From: Paludibacteraceae bacterium
GTDB taxonomy: Bacteria; Bacteroidota; Bacteroidia; Bacteroidales; Paludibacteraceae
Assembly: GCA_905233255.1 (NCBI GenBank)
Contig: CAJOCN010000004.1
Coordinates: 12,868 to 76,867 of the forward strand
Direction of reading: 5' to 3'
DNA: 64,000 bases
Part shown: positions 44,869-54,933 of the stretch, one piece after another
How the letters are laid out: each line of letters starts with the position of its first letter
How positions within the stretch are numbered: the first letter of the stretch is position 1
Notes under the pieces: model-generated
Database searches by the model: none
Told to the model about the DNA's origin: nothing
What the model saw: the letters and a program-made list of their open reading frames with translations, nothing else
Made by a program: the position numbers and the translations under genes

Positions 44869-46944
44869 ATGAACAGCAACAACAATTACAATTCCAACAA
44901 CCAGAACGAAAACCTGAAGAAGTTCGCGATTAACCTCTGCGAGCGGGCGCAGGAAGGCAAACTGGATCCCGTCATCGGTAGAGATGACGAGATAAGACGT
45001 GTTCTGCAGATTCTGAGCCGTAGAACCAAGAACAATCCTATTCTGATCGGTGAACCGGGTGTCGGTAAGACAGCTATCGCCGAAGGTCTGGCGCAACGTA
45101 TCGTACGAGGCGATGTACCGGAGAACCTCAAGAAGAAACAGATTTACTCCCTCGACATGGGTGCCCTTATTGCGGGCGCTAAATACCAAGGTGAGTTTGA
45201 GGAACGACTCAAAGGCGTAGTCAACGAAGTGGTTGCCGCCGCGGGCGAGATCATCCTCTTTATCGATGAGATTCACACCCTCGTAGGAGCCGGTAAATCC
45301 AGCGGAGCCATGGACGCTGCGAATATACTGAAACCGGCTTTGGCGCGTGGTGATTTGAGAGCCATCGGTGCTACGACACTCGATGAGTACCAGAAGTATT
45401 TCGAGACCGATAAAGCCCTTGAGCGGCGTTTCCAGAAAGTGATGGTAGATGAGCCGGACGAGGCGGCTACGATCTCTATTCTCCGTGGTCTGAAGGAGCG
45501 GTACGAGACCCACCACAAAGTGCGTATCAAAGATGACGCCATTATAGCGGCGGTCACCCTCTCCGCACGGTATATAACGGACCGTTTCTTGCCCGATAAA
45601 GCGATTGACCTGGTCGATGAAGCAGCCGCCAAACTGCGTCTGGAGGTGGACTCCAAGCCGGAAGAGATCGATACGCTCGACCGCCAGATCAAGCAGTTGG
45701 AGATCGAGCGCGAGGCAATTAAGCGCGATAAGGACGATGCCAAGCTTGGAGAGATCGAGAAGCAACTCCAGGAACTCAAGAAACAATCCGATGAACTGAA
45801 CGCGCGGTGGAACAAAGAGAAGGGGTATGTGGCTACTATCCAGAATGAGAAAGCGCGTATCGAGACCCTCAAACACCAAGCCGAAGTAGCGGAGCGTGAA
45901 GGTGATTACGGCAAGGTAGCGGAGATCCGTTACAGCCAGATTCCGGCGGCCGAAGCGAATATCAAATCGGCACAGGACACCTTGCACCAATTGGGTACCG
46001 AGTCCCTCATCAAAGAGGAAGTCGATGAAGACGACATCGCCGATGTAGTAGCCCGCTGGACGGGTATTCCGGTAGCCAAGATGATGCAATCCGAGCGGGA
46101 CAAACTGCTCCATCTGGAGGAAGAACTGCACAAACGCGTCATCGGTCAGGACCAAGCCATCGAGGCGGTCAGTGATGCTATCCGCAGAAGCCGAGCCGGC
46201 CTGCAGGATCCGAAACGTCCTATCGGTTCGTTCATCTTCCTCGGTACCACGGGTGTCGGTAAGACCGAGTTGGCAAAAGCCCTCGCGGACTACCTCTTCG
46301 ATGACGAGAATATGATGACCCGTATTGATATGAGTGAGTACCAGGAGAAGTTCAGTGCCACTCGTCTTATCGGAGCCCCTCCGGGATACGTAGGTTACGA
46401 TGAAGGCGGTCAACTGACTGAGGCCATCCGACGTAAACCTTACTCCGTGGTCCTCTTCGATGAGATCGAGAAAGCGCATCCGGATGTATTCAATGTCCTG
46501 CTGCAGGTACTCGACGACGGCCGTCTGACGGACAACAAAGGGCGTGTGGTCAACTTCAAGAACACCTTGATCATCATGACCTCCAACCTCACCGAGGAGC
46601 AACTCCGCGCTTCCGTACGACCCGAGTTCATCAACCGTATTGATGAGATCATCCACTTCAGCGAACTGAGCGAAGACGACATCAGAGCCGTAGTCGGTCT
46701 GCAAGTCAACCGCATCCATAAGATGTTGGAGGGCCAAGGTATCGACCTGCGCGTCACGGATGATGCCATCCGCTACATAGCCAAGGAAGGTTACGACCCG
46801 CAGTTTGGCGCCCGTCCGGTGAAGAGAGCCCTGCAACGACTCGTTCTCAACGAACTGTCGAAGGCCATCATTGGCGGTAAGGTAGATCAAAATAAACCCG
46901 TCGTCGTAGAGTTACGAGACGGGGAGTTGAAATTCCGGAACTAA
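44869..46944 (+). CDS. clpB: ClpB-type AAA+ disaggregase lacking the N-terminal domain
   Basis: Starts just before [40 protein letters not shown] (NBD1). Long coiled-coil M-domain. NBD2 [17 protein letters not shown]. 691 aa, compared with about 860 aa for full-length ClpB. Confidence 0.9.
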   Translation: MNSNNNYNSNNQNENLKKFAINLCERAQEGKLDPVIGRDDEIRRVLQILSRRTKNNPILIGEPGVGKTAIAEGLAQRIVRGDVPENLKKKQIYSLDMGALIAGAKYQGEFEERLKGVVNEVVAAAGEIILFIDEIHTLVGAGKSSGAMDAANILKPALARGDLRAIGATTLDEYQKYFETDKALERRFQKVMVDEPDEAATISILRGLKERYETHHKVRIKDDAIIAAVTLSARYITDRFLPDKAIDLVDEAAAKLRLEVDSKPEEIDTLDRQIKQLEIEREAIKRDKDDAKLGEIEKQLQELKKQSDELNARWNKEKGYVATIQNEKARIETLKHQAEVAEREGDYGKVAEIRYSQIPAAEANIKSAQDTLHQLGTESLIKEEVDEDDIADVVARWTGIPVAKMMQSERDKLLHLEEELHKRVIGQDQAIEAVSDAIRRSRAGLQDPKRPIGSFIFLGTTGVGKTELAKALADYLFDDENMMTRIDMSEYQEKFSATRLIGAPPGYVGYDEGGQLTEAIRRKPYSVVLFDEIEKAHPDVFNVLLQVLDDGRLTDNKGRVVNFKNTLIIMTSNLTEEQLRASVRPEFINRIDEIIHFSELSEDDIRAVVGLQVNRIHKMLEGQGIDLRVTDDAIRYIAKEGYDPQFGARPVKRALQRLVLNELSKAIIGGKVDQNKPVVVELRDGELKFRN

Positions 46945-46950
46945 ATCTGA

Positions 46951-47928
46951 TTAACTCAGATCATATCCGTAATGGCGAAGACGAGAGGTGTTGGAACGCC
47001 AGTCGCGGTCCACTTTGACGAACAGTTGTAAGAAGACCTGTTTCTGGAAGAAATCCTCAATCTCTTTGCGAGCCTGGGAGCCGACACGCTTTAGAGCGCT
47101 GCCGGCTTTTCCTATTATTATACCCTTCTGGCTCTCGCGCTCGCAGTAGATGACAGCAGAAATCTCGATGAGAGATTTCTTGGTGATTGGTGATTGGTGA
47201 TTGGTGATTGGCTGTTCATCGTGGTCTATAAAGGACTCCACCTCCACTTCGACCGAATAAGGAATCTCCTTATCGTAGTTCTGGAGGATCTTCTCGCGGA
47301 TAATCTCGTTGACGAAGAACCGCTCGGATTTATCGGTCAACTGGTCTTTGGGGAAGAACGGAGCCCCAACGGGCAGTGCCTCTTTGATGGCATCAAAGAG
47401 TTGCGCCACGCCGAAACGCTCCTGCGCGGAGATGGGGAAGATCTCCGCCTCCGGCAGTTGGGTATGCCAGAAAGCAACGAGGTTCTCCAATGTCTCCTGG
47501 GTCGTCAGGTCAATCTTATTGATGATGAGGAACACTTTCGTGCCCGCTTCCGCCATCCGCTTGACTTTCGTCAGGAAATCGGGATTACGGTCAATGGTAT
47601 CTTGTGGCTCCGTCACATAGAGCAGCACATCCGCGTCCACAAGGGCGGAACGGCTGAACTCCAGCATTTTCTCCTGCAGTCTGTAATTAGGCGAGAGCAC
47701 GCCCGGCGTATCGGAATAGACCATCTGGAAATCCTCTCCGTTGACGATTCCCATGATCCGGTGACGCGTCGTCTGGGCCTTGGAGGTAATGATTGAGAGT
47801 CGCTCACCCACCAGCGCGTTCATTAATGTAGATTTGCCGACATTGGGATTACCAACAATGTTCACAAACCCACTTCGGTGGGCCTGTGAACATTGTTTAT
47901 TTGTCATTTGTAATTGGTTATTTGCCAT
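46951..47928 (-). CDS. era: GTPase Era
   Basis: GNPNVGKST (G1), DTPG (G3), NKID (G4), C-terminal KH domain (IIGKAGSALKRVG). Two heptamer tracts lie in frame. Confidence 0.92.
   Translation of the reverse strand: MANNQLQMTNKQCSQAHRSGFVNIVGNPNVGKSTLMNALVGERLSIITSKAQTTRHRIMGIVNGEDFQMVYSDTPGVLSPNYRLQEKMLEFSRSALVDADVLLYVTEPQDTIDRNPDFLTKVKRMAEAGTKVFLIINKIDLTTQETLENLVAFWHTQLPEAEIFPISAQERFGVAQLFDAIKEALPVGAPFFPKDQLTDKSERFFVNEIIREKILQNYDKEIPYSVEVEVESFIDHDEQPITNHQSPITKKSLIEISAVIYCERESQKGIIIGKAGSALKRVGSQARKEIEDFFQKQVFLQLFVKVDRDWRSNTSRLRHYGYDLS
47182..47211. repeat. Heptamer array GGTGATT x4 inside era
   Basis: Read directly. Encodes ...QPITNHQSPITKK... on the minus strand, between the GTPase and KH domains. 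Confidence 0.9.
47890..47924. repeat. Degenerate heptamer tract (CATTGTT TATTTGT CATTTGT AATTGGT TATTTGC) at the era 5' end
   Basis: Read directly. Encodes the N-terminal extension MANNQLQMTNKQ. Confidence 0.7.
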
Positions 47929-47929
47929 A

Positions 47930-50839
47930 TTACATTACAGCATCCATTAACTCCTGCGTAGAGTTGAACAGTTTAGCCGGTGAGAGTTTGGTAACCTTGC
48001 AACCCATCTTCTTCTCGATTGCCTTCAGGTCAATCTTCTTCGGGTCGCCCATGAGGATGATGGTAACGGGTTTGCCCTTGATATTCTCCTCGTAGAACTT
48101 CTCAATGTCATTGAAAGTGAGGGCATCGATAGCCGCAGCGTTGACTTTCGACGGGTCGTCTTTGTAACCCAGACGCTGCCAGTACTCATAAGCAGCGGCT
48201 TTAGAACGCATCGACGGTTTAGCGGTCTGAGCAGCCTGCTTGAGGGCGGCTTTGAGAGCTACTAACTGTGTCGAGTCCTTCGGCATGTCGGTCAGGATAT
48301 CCATATATACGGAGATGGCATCGTTGACCTTATCCGACTGGGTACCCACGTAACCGATGAAGTAGCAGTCCTTACCCGGGAGTTCCGGCGTAGCGTTCAC
48401 ACCATAAGCCGAGTATGCCATGGAGCGTTTTACACGGATCTCGTTCATGATCACACCCGTGAAGCCGCCGGACATGTACTGGTTGAAGGCGTCGGATTGT
48501 ACATCCGAAGCGATGTCATACGGACGGCCGTTGATGTAGAAATAGAGGTCCGCCTGCTGTACATTGCTATTCGGCAAGAAGAGCACAGTCGGTTTGTCAT
48601 ATTTCTGACGGTCCTGAACGAACGGCGAGTTGGACGGTTTCATACCTTCGGTCAGCGGCAGTTCGGGCACGAGTTTATCCTCGGGGAGCGTACCGCAGTA
48701 GAATACATCGAGTGCATACGTACGAGCAGCAGCTACGAGCGATTGTACTTTCGGCAGACCGAGTCCCCAGATGTCGGCAAACGGTACTTCGTCCAGGAAC
48801 GCAGACTTCTTGCCGTACATAGCGTATTGCATGAGCGCCGATTTCTGTACAGCAGTACGTTTCTGACGGCTATAGCGCGAGAAGAACTCGTTACCCTTGA
48901 CCGCATCGAGCTGTTTCTGCTCGAGGTACGGCATGAGCAACTGACGGTTCACGAGGTTCATGATCTTATTCATGTTCTCGTCCTCGCCGGAGATAGAGAT
49001 ATAGAAGTACGAGTCGTTGCAACCATAAGCGACCGAAGCACCTAACTCAGCCATCTGCTGTTTGAAGTCCTTACCCTCTGTAGCCGGCGCGCCCATGATA
49101 CCTGCGTTGTTCATCAGGTCAGCAGCGTACGGCAGCAGCGGCATCTCATGCTCCCCCACACCATAGCGGAGTACCAGCGTGAAGATATCGTTCTTCTTGT
49201 TCGGGGTGTAATGAAGCGTGATATTCTCGCCCAGCGAGCTCACCTTCACATCATTGAAATCATTGAAGGTCTGTTTGAGTTCGCCCTTCGGCAGTTTCAT
49301 GAACTCAGCAGCATACTCGGTCTTCGCGTTCTTCACCGGATCAAGCGGTTTGATATTCGGCTTCGGCAGCGGTTTTGCCTTCAGACTCTTGGTATCCTCG
49401 TCGAAGGAGATAGTCATATGATCCGCATTGAAATATTTCTTTGCTACACGTGCAATCTCCTCTTTGGTGAGTGCCTGAATCTTTGCGTTAGCCGTGAAGA
49501 TGTCGTCAACCGGTTTAGCATACGTAAAGGCATCTACGAGTACGCTCATCTTGGTAGCCGGCGACTCATTGAACGCCTTGAACGATTGTGCGTACATGTG
49601 CTTCACGTTCGCGATGAGATCGTCGGAGATCTCGCCACGTTTGATCTTGTCGATCTCTTTCATGACGATGGCCTCGGTAGCCTTGTCGGACTCGAACATC
49701 TGTTGGTTAGCATCGTAGTACGGTACCGCCATTACGATAACACGACCGTCGTTACGACGCGCATCCAGGAAGGCATAAGAAGCAGAGACATCACCCTTGG
49801 TGTTCACCTGATCGAGGAGGCCGGTTTGACCGTTGTAGAGCAGATCGCAAACGAACTCCAGTACATCCTGGTCCGGGTCACCCTCTTTCACACCCTGGTA
49901 AACCCACGCGATCTGCGGGTTGTAGCCCATGTTGTAGTGTTTCTTGCCGGTGAGTTGTACAGCAGGGTACGAAGGACGAGCGGGCAACTCTTTCGGCTCC
50001 AAGCGACCGAAAGTCTTCTCAATCATCGGTCTGGTGGACTTGGTATCAAAATCACCAACGATGATCAGCGCCATGTTGTTAGGTACATACCAAGTGTTGT
50101 AGAACTCAATCAGACGGCTTAGACGCGGGTTCTTGAGGTGCTCGGGCAGACCGATGACGTCACGCTCATACGGTGAACCTTTGTAGATATCCTCCATCAG
50201 CTGTTTCTGTGCCTGAGACGAAGGCTCGTTGGCGTACATGTTGTACTCCTCGAAGACGTTCTCCAACTCGGCCTGGAACGTACGGAAGACAGGGTTGATC
50301 AGACGGTCAGAGAAGATCGTCAACCAACGGTACATCTCTGCAGCCGGGAAGGAGTTATGATACGCCGTGAGGTCATAAGACGTGTACGCGTTCACGCCCT
50401 CAGCACCGATGAGGTCCAGCATGTTGAAGAAGTCTTCGGTCGAAGAGATCTTCGCCTCACGCATGGAGCACTCATTGATTTGGGTAGCGAGTTGCTCACG
50501 TACCTTCGGATCGGTTGCATCGCTGTACTGATCATAAAGCGCAATGATGGAATCATAGATCGGTTTCTCAGCCTCCCAGTCGAGCGCACCGATACGTTGC
50601 GTTCCCTTGAAGAGCATGTGCTCCAAGTAGTGCGCCAAACCGGTATATTCACCCGGTTCGTCCACCGCTCCGGCGCGAACCACTACATAACCGGTTACGT
50701 CCGGTGCGTCGTGATCCTCCCAGAGGAGCACAGTGAGTCCGTTCTCTAACTTGTACTCAGTCAGTCCCTCGCGGGTTTGAGCTGAGAGAAATGCGGTGCC
50801 GCAGATGAGCAGCAGAGCGCTAAGTAAATACTTTCTCAT
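47930..50839 (-). CDS. M16 family (pitrilysin/insulinase-like) zinc peptidase, two-unit fused form
   Basis: Signal peptide and the inverted zinc motif HYLEHMLFKGT (HxxEH). 969 aa. Confidence 0.9.
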   Translation of the reverse strand: MRKYLLSALLLICGTAFLSAQTREGLTEYKLENGLTVLLWEDHDAPDVTGYVVVRAGAVDEPGEYTGLAHYLEHMLFKGTQRIGALDWEAEKPIYDSIIALYDQYSDATDPKVREQLATQINECSMREAKISSTEDFFNMLDLIGAEGVNAYTSYDLTAYHNSFPAAEMYRWLTIFSDRLINPVFRTFQAELENVFEEYNMYANEPSSQAQKQLMEDIYKGSPYERDVIGLPEHLKNPRLSRLIEFYNTWYVPNNMALIIVGDFDTKSTRPMIEKTFGRLEPKELPARPSYPAVQLTGKKHYNMGYNPQIAWVYQGVKEGDPDQDVLEFVCDLLYNGQTGLLDQVNTKGDVSASYAFLDARRNDGRVIVMAVPYYDANQQMFESDKATEAIVMKEIDKIKRGEISDDLIANVKHMYAQSFKAFNESPATKMSVLVDAFTYAKPVDDIFTANAKIQALTKEEIARVAKKYFNADHMTISFDEDTKSLKAKPLPKPNIKPLDPVKNAKTEYAAEFMKLPKGELKQTFNDFNDVKVSSLGENITLHYTPNKKNDIFTLVLRYGVGEHEMPLLPYAADLMNNAGIMGAPATEGKDFKQQMAELGASVAYGCNDSYFYISISGEDENMNKIMNLVNRQLLMPYLEQKQLDAVKGNEFFSRYSRQKRTAVQKSALMQYAMYGKKSAFLDEVPFADIWGLGLPKVQSLVAAARTYALDVFYCGTLPEDKLVPELPLTEGMKPSNSPFVQDRQKYDKPTVLFLPNSNVQQADLYFYINGRPYDIASDVQSDAFNQYMSGGFTGVIMNEIRVKRSMAYSAYGVNATPELPGKDCYFIGYVGTQSDKVNDAISVYMDILTDMPKDSTQLVALKAALKQAAQTAKPSMRSKAAAYEYWQRLGYKDDPSKVNAAAIDALTFNDIEKFYEENIKGKPVTIILMGDPKKIDLKAIEKKMGCKVTKLSPAKLFNSTQELMDAVM

Positions 50840-50853
50840 TGTTGTTAATAATT

Positions 50854-50906
50854 TTAGTTTTGTTCTAGTTTATCTAGTTTAACTAGTTGTACTAGTTTTT
50901 CTAGTT
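50854..50906. repeat. CTAGTT-type 9-nt array (five CTAG at 9-nt spacing)
   Basis: CTAG starts at 50865, 50874, 50883, 50892 and 50901 (hand count). Lies between the tdh stop and the M16 peptidase start. Confidence 0.9.
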
Positions 50907-51932
50907 TTACCATTCAAGCAGTACTTTGCCGCACTGGCCGGAGACCATGACGTCGAAGCCCTTCTGGAAGTCCTCGAACTTGAAACGGTGTGTGATTACC
51001 GGGCTCAAGTCCAGACCGCCGAGGAGCATCTGCTCCATCTGGTACCAAGTCTCCCACATGCGGCGTCCCGTGATACCTTTGATGGTCAGGGCATTGAAGA
51101 TGACGTCGGACCAGTTGACCTGGGTGTCAGAAGGCAGGATACCGAGTTGGGCGATATTGGCACCTTTGTACATGTGCTCGATCATCTCGTTGAAGGCTGC
51201 GGGTGCGCCGGACATCTCCAGTCCCACATCGAATCCCTTGATACCGAGTTGCTGCATGGCGCCTTGTACGGTCTCTCCTTTGGAGCCATCGACCGTCAGC
51301 GTGGCACCCATCTTCTTAGCGATCTCCAGCCGAAGCGGATTAATATCCGTCACGACTATATTCTTCGCGCCTGCGTAGCGGCATATACCAGCCGCCATCG
51401 TTCCGATGAGTCCTGCACCAGTGATCAGCACGTCTTCGCCTAAGAGCGGGAAAGCCAATGCCGTGTGCGTAGCGTTACCAAAGGGATCCATGATTGCTGC
51501 GAAATCGTCTGGTATCTCAGGGCGGAGTTTGACTACGTTGCTTTCCGGGATGGTTACATATTCGGCGAAACAACCATCCTTGCCCATTATTCCGACGGAG
51601 ATGGTGTTCTCGCAGACGTGCCCCATTCCCCGGCGACAGTTACGGCAGTGTCCGCAGACGATGTGCCCTTCGGCGGTCACACGTTCACCGACCTTGAAGT
51701 TACGCACACCTGCGCCCACTTCGGCTACTACTCCCACGAACTCGTGGCCCATCGTATAAGGCGGTTTGCAGTGACTCTGCGACCAAGCGTCCCATTTGTA
51801 CATGTGCAGGTCGGTTCCGCAGATGGCGGCTTTGATGACCTTAATCAGCACGTCGTTGACTCCCACTTCCGGCATCGGCACTTCTTCCATCCAGATGCCG
51901 GGCTCTGCATATTTCTTTACTAAAGCTTTCAT
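50907..51932 (-). CDS. tdh: L-threonine 3-dehydrogenase
   Basis: MKALVKKYAEPGIWMEEVPMPE opening, zinc-ADH motifs (GHEFVG, CGHCRNCRRG), GAGLIG Rossmann motif. The listed ORF's extra 33 N-terminal codons read through the repeat array and are rejected. Confidence 0.9.
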   Translation of the reverse strand: MKALVKKYAEPGIWMEEVPMPEVGVNDVLIKVIKAAICGTDLHMYKWDAWSQSHCKPPYTMGHEFVGVVAEVGAGVRNFKVGERVTAEGHIVCGHCRNCRRGMGHVCENTISVGIMGKDGCFAEYVTIPESNVVKLRPEIPDDFAAIMDPFGNATHTALAFPLLGEDVLITGAGLIGTMAAGICRYAGAKNIVVTDINPLRLEIAKKMGATLTVDGSKGETVQGAMQQLGIKGFDVGLEMSGAPAAFNEMIEHMYKGANIAQLGILPSDTQVNWSDVIFNALTIKGITGRRMWETWYQMEQMLLGGLDLSPVITHRFKFEDFQKGFDVMVSGQCGKVLLEW

Positions 51933-51933
51933 T

Positions 51934-51983
51934 TTTTCTAGTTTATCTAGTTTAACTAGTTCTTCTAGTTTGACTAGTTCTTT
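51934..51983. repeat. CTAGTT-type 9-nt array (five CTAG at 9-nt spacing)
   Basis: CTAG starts at 51938, 51947, 51956, 51965 and 51974. It fills the kbl-tdh intercistronic gap, and the kbl stop codon (TAG) is part of the last unit. Confidence 0.9.
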
Positions 51984-53170
51984 TTCAATACACCAAGAAC
52001 CGTGCCAATCTTCGTGAAGGCGGCGATACATTTATCTAATTGTTCGCGCGTGTGCGCCGCGGAAACCTGCACGCGGATGCGCGCCTGACCCTTCGGCACT
52101 ACCGGATAATAGAAGCCCGTAACGTATATTCCCTCCTCTTGGAGCGCGGCAGCGAACTCTTGCGAGAGCCGTGCGTCATAGAGCATGACGGCACAGATAG
52201 CAGACTGAGTCGGTTTGATATCAAAGCCGGCGGCTTTCATCTTATCTACGAAGTATGCCGTGTTCTCGTGCAAGCGGTCCTGCAGTTCGTTGGAACGGGT
52301 GAGAATCTCAAAGGTCTTGATACCTGCGGCAGCAATCATCGGCGGAATGGAGTTCGAGAAGAGATAAGGACGGCTGCGTTGGCGCAGGAGGTCAATAATC
52401 TCTTTCTTGCCGGTTGTGAAACCGCCGACCGAACCGCCGAAGGCTTTTCCGAGCGTGCCGGTGATGATCTCCACCTTACCGCGCATGTTGTAGAGTTCGG
52501 TTACTCCATGTCCGGTCTTGCCGACTACTCCGGCGGAGTGGCTCTCATCGACCATGACGAGGGCATTGTATTTCTGCGCCAACTCGTAGATCTTATCCAG
52601 CGGGCACACATTGCCGTCCATGGAGAACACACCGTCGGTAGCGATGATGCGGAAACGCTGTGCCTGCGCTTTTTTGAGTTGCTCCTCGAGGTCTGCCATG
52701 TCGCCGTTGGCGTAGCGGTAACGCACCGCCTTACAGAGACGCACACCATCGATGATAGAAGCGTGGTTGAGCGCGTCGGAGATGATGGCATCCTCTTCGG
52801 TCAACAGCGGTTCGAAGAGACCTCCGTTGGCGTCAAAGCAAGCCGCATAAAGGATGGTATCCTCCGTTCCGAAGAAATCGGAGATGACACGTTCCAGTTC
52901 CTTGTGCGTATCCTGCGTACCGCAGATAAAACGCACCGACGCCATGCCGTAGCCGCGCGCATCCATGCGCGCTTTAGCTGCTTCGATGAGTTCTTTGTTA
53001 TCCGCGAGGCCGAGGTAGTTGTTCGCACAGAAGTTAATTACTTCCTGTCCGCCCTCTACTTTGATGCCGGACGACTGCGGAGTGATGATCACCCGCTCGT
53101 TCTTATATAGTCCTGCCTCCTTGATCTCTTGCAAGGTCTGTTGCAGGTGTTTTTGAAAATCCTGATACAT
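51974..53170 (-). CDS. kbl: Glycine C-acetyltransferase (2-amino-3-ketobutyrate CoA ligase)
   Basis: Class II aminotransferase blocks (NYLGL, DESHS, GTLGKA with the PLP Lys). Located upstream of tdh. Confidence 0.92.
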   Translation of the reverse strand: MYQDFQKHLQQTLQEIKEAGLYKNERVIITPQSSGIKVEGGQEVINFCANNYLGLADNKELIEAAKARMDARGYGMASVRFICGTQDTHKELERVISDFFGTEDTILYAACFDANGGLFEPLLTEEDAIISDALNHASIIDGVRLCKAVRYRYANGDMADLEEQLKKAQAQRFRIIATDGVFSMDGNVCPLDKIYELAQKYNALVMVDESHSAGVVGKTGHGVTELYNMRGKVEIITGTLGKAFGGSVGGFTTGKKEIIDLLRQRSRPYLFSNSIPPMIAAAGIKTFEILTRSNELQDRLHENTAYFVDKMKAAGFDIKPTQSAICAVMLYDARLSQEFAAALQEEGIYVTGFYYPVVPKGQARIRVQVSAAHTREQLDKCIAAFTKIGTVLGVLKKN

Positions 53171-53183
53171 AGTTGTTTGTTTT

Positions 53184-53215
53184 TTCTAGTTGACTAGACG
53201 ACTAGACGACTAGTT
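53184..53215. repeat. CTAG(TT/AC)GA 8-nt array (four CTAG at 8-nt spacing)
   Basis: CTAG starts at 53186, 53194, 53202 and 53210. Lies in the kbl 5' leader. Confidence 0.85.
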
Positions 53216-53258
53216 AAATTATTCCCTGTTCCATGATAAATCACCTTGAACAGCTGCA

Positions 53259-54602
53259 TCAGATGATGCCCTGTTCGAGCATCGCGGTTGCGACCTTCAT
53301 AAAGCCGGCGATGTTGGCGCCTTTGACATAGTCGATTGTGCCGTCGGGCTGAGTGCCGTAGCGGACACATTGCTCGTGGATGGACTCCATGATATGATGC
53401 AGACGCTCATCGACTTCTTTTCCTGTCCAGGACAGGTGCTCGGCGTTCTGGGTCATTTCGAGGCCCGAGGTTGCCACGCCTCCGGCGTTAACCGCCTTAC
53501 CCGGAGCAAAGAGCACGCCGTTGTGCTGGAAGAAATGGATCGCTCCCGGCTGGCAGCCCATGTTCGACACCTCGCAGCAGCACCAGCAGCCGTTTGCCTT
53601 CAGTTCCTTGGCGTCGTCTTCGCTCAGTTCGTTCTGGAACGCGCAGGGCAGTGCAATGTCGCACGGGATAGACCATGCTTTCTTGCCGGCGGTAAAGACA
53701 CAGGCTTGCGGGAACTTGTCCGCCATGTCCTGCACTTTGTTGCGGTTGGACGCACGCATAACGAGCATGTAGTCGATCATGTCTTTGGTGATACCATCCT
53801 TGATGGCTACAACGCCGTCCGGTCCGGAGATAGCGACTACCTTTGCGCCCAACTCAACTGCCTTAGTGGCAGCTCCCCATGCCACATTACCGAAGCCGGA
53901 GATGGCTACTTTCTTGCCCTTGATATCTTTGCCCGCTTTGTGCAGGAGGTGTTGCGTAAAATAGAGTGCGCCGAAGCCGGTTGCCTCCGGACGGAGAATC
54001 GAGCCGCCCCAAGTCATGCCTTTGCCGGTGAGGACACCTGTGTGATACTCACGTGCCAGTTTCTGGTACATGCCGTTGAGGAATCCGATCTCTCGACCGC
54101 CGACGCCCACATCACCGGCAGGAATATCCTGGTCCGGACCGATGCAACGCCAGAGTTCGAGCATGAAGGCCTGGCAGAAACGCATGATCTCCGCGTCTGA
54201 TTTGCCAACCGGATCAAAGTCCGAACCACCCTTTGCGCCGCCCATCGGCAGTGTCGTCAGCGCATTCTTGAAGGTCTGCTCGAAGCCCAAGAACTTGAGC
54301 ATAGACGGGGTAACGGCTCTGTGGAAGCGGAGACCGCCTTTGTACGGGCCAATCGCGGAGTTGAACTGCACGCGGTAACCGAGGTTGGTCTGTACCTCAC
54401 CCTCGTCGTCGATCCACGTCACGCGGAAAGTGAAAATACGGTCGGGCTCTACCATTCGCTCAACAATCTTCGCTTTCTCAAACTCAGGGTGTTGGTTGTA
54501 CACCTCTTCAATCGACTCCAACACTTCTTGCACGGCTTGCAGGTACTCTGCCTCGCCCGGATGTTTCGCAGCTAACTGCTGCATAATGTCTTGTACTTTC
54601 AT
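53259..54602 (-). CDS. gdhA: NAD(P)-specific glutamate dehydrogenase
   Basis: GPYKGGLRFH, LPMGGAKGGSDFDP and GFGNVAW are hallmark GDH motifs. 447 aa. Confidence 0.95.
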   Translation of the reverse strand: MKVQDIMQQLAAKHPGEAEYLQAVQEVLESIEEVYNQHPEFEKAKIVERMVEPDRIFTFRVTWIDDEGEVQTNLGYRVQFNSAIGPYKGGLRFHRAVTPSMLKFLGFEQTFKNALTTLPMGGAKGGSDFDPVGKSDAEIMRFCQAFMLELWRCIGPDQDIPAGDVGVGGREIGFLNGMYQKLAREYHTGVLTGKGMTWGGSILRPEATGFGALYFTQHLLHKAGKDIKGKKVAISGFGNVAWGAATKAVELGAKVVAISGPDGVVAIKDGITKDMIDYMLVMRASNRNKVQDMADKFPQACVFTAGKKAWSIPCDIALPCAFQNELSEDDAKELKANGCWCCCEVSNMGCQPGAIHFFQHNGVLFAPGKAVNAGGVATSGLEMTQNAEHLSWTGKEVDERLHHIMESIHEQCVRYGTQPDGTIDYVKGANIAGFMKVATAMLEQGII

Positions 54603-54752
54603 TGTTTTTGTGTTTTAAATGGTATTTTGTATATTAATTTGTATATGTTTATTAGTGTCTAATAAAATCGGCTACAAAGTTACACAAAAAAATTGAATTA
54701 CGCAAGCGCGCGCGTACTTTTTTATAAAAAATACGTTTTTTGAGGAACGGAA

Positions 54753-54784
54753 TTTGGATATTTGAAAAAAAAGTATTATCTTTG
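54753..54784 (+). promoter_or_regulatory. Orphan plus-strand Bacteroidetes-type promoter between two minus-strand genes
   Basis: TTTG at 54753-54756, 20-nt A-rich spacer, TAtcTTTG at 54777-54784. Confidence 0.55.
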
Positions 54785-54875
54785 CATCGGATTTGAGAGA
54801 AATGCATATCCGCCAATCTTGGCGGATGCGACAAGTCCTTTCCCTTCCTTTGTCGTTACGACGACGTCAGCTTAG

Positions 54876-54917
54876 CAACCAACTAATCACTAACTAATCA
54901 CTAACTAATCACCAACT
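54876..54917. repeat. 11-nt repeat AACTAATCAC(T/C) x3
   Basis: Read directly. Lies inside the candidate sRNA. Confidence 0.85.
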
Positions 54918-54933
54918 CGGAGTCTTGCAAAAT

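Noticed and set aside
44848-46890. 680-codon ORF antisense to clpB
   Set aside because: It lies entirely within and opposite a gene with unmistakable ClpB motifs. Its own translation is low-complexity with no motifs, which is typical of a shadow ORF in G+C-rich coding DNA.
51933-52031. 33-codon N-terminal extension of the tdh ORF (MYRRLHEDWHGSWCIEKELVKLEELVKLDKLEK)
   Set aside because: The extension reads through the CTAGTT array and overlaps the kbl 3' end. MKALVKKY at 51932 matches the normal Tdh N-terminus.
52040-53110. 356-codon ORF antisense to kbl; similar antisense ORFs occur at 56291-57265, 49148-50122, 53370-54200, 3090-3893, 12579-13379 and 42554-43423
   Set aside because: Each lies opposite a gene with strong family motifs and shows no recognisable domain. 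They are treated as non-coding.
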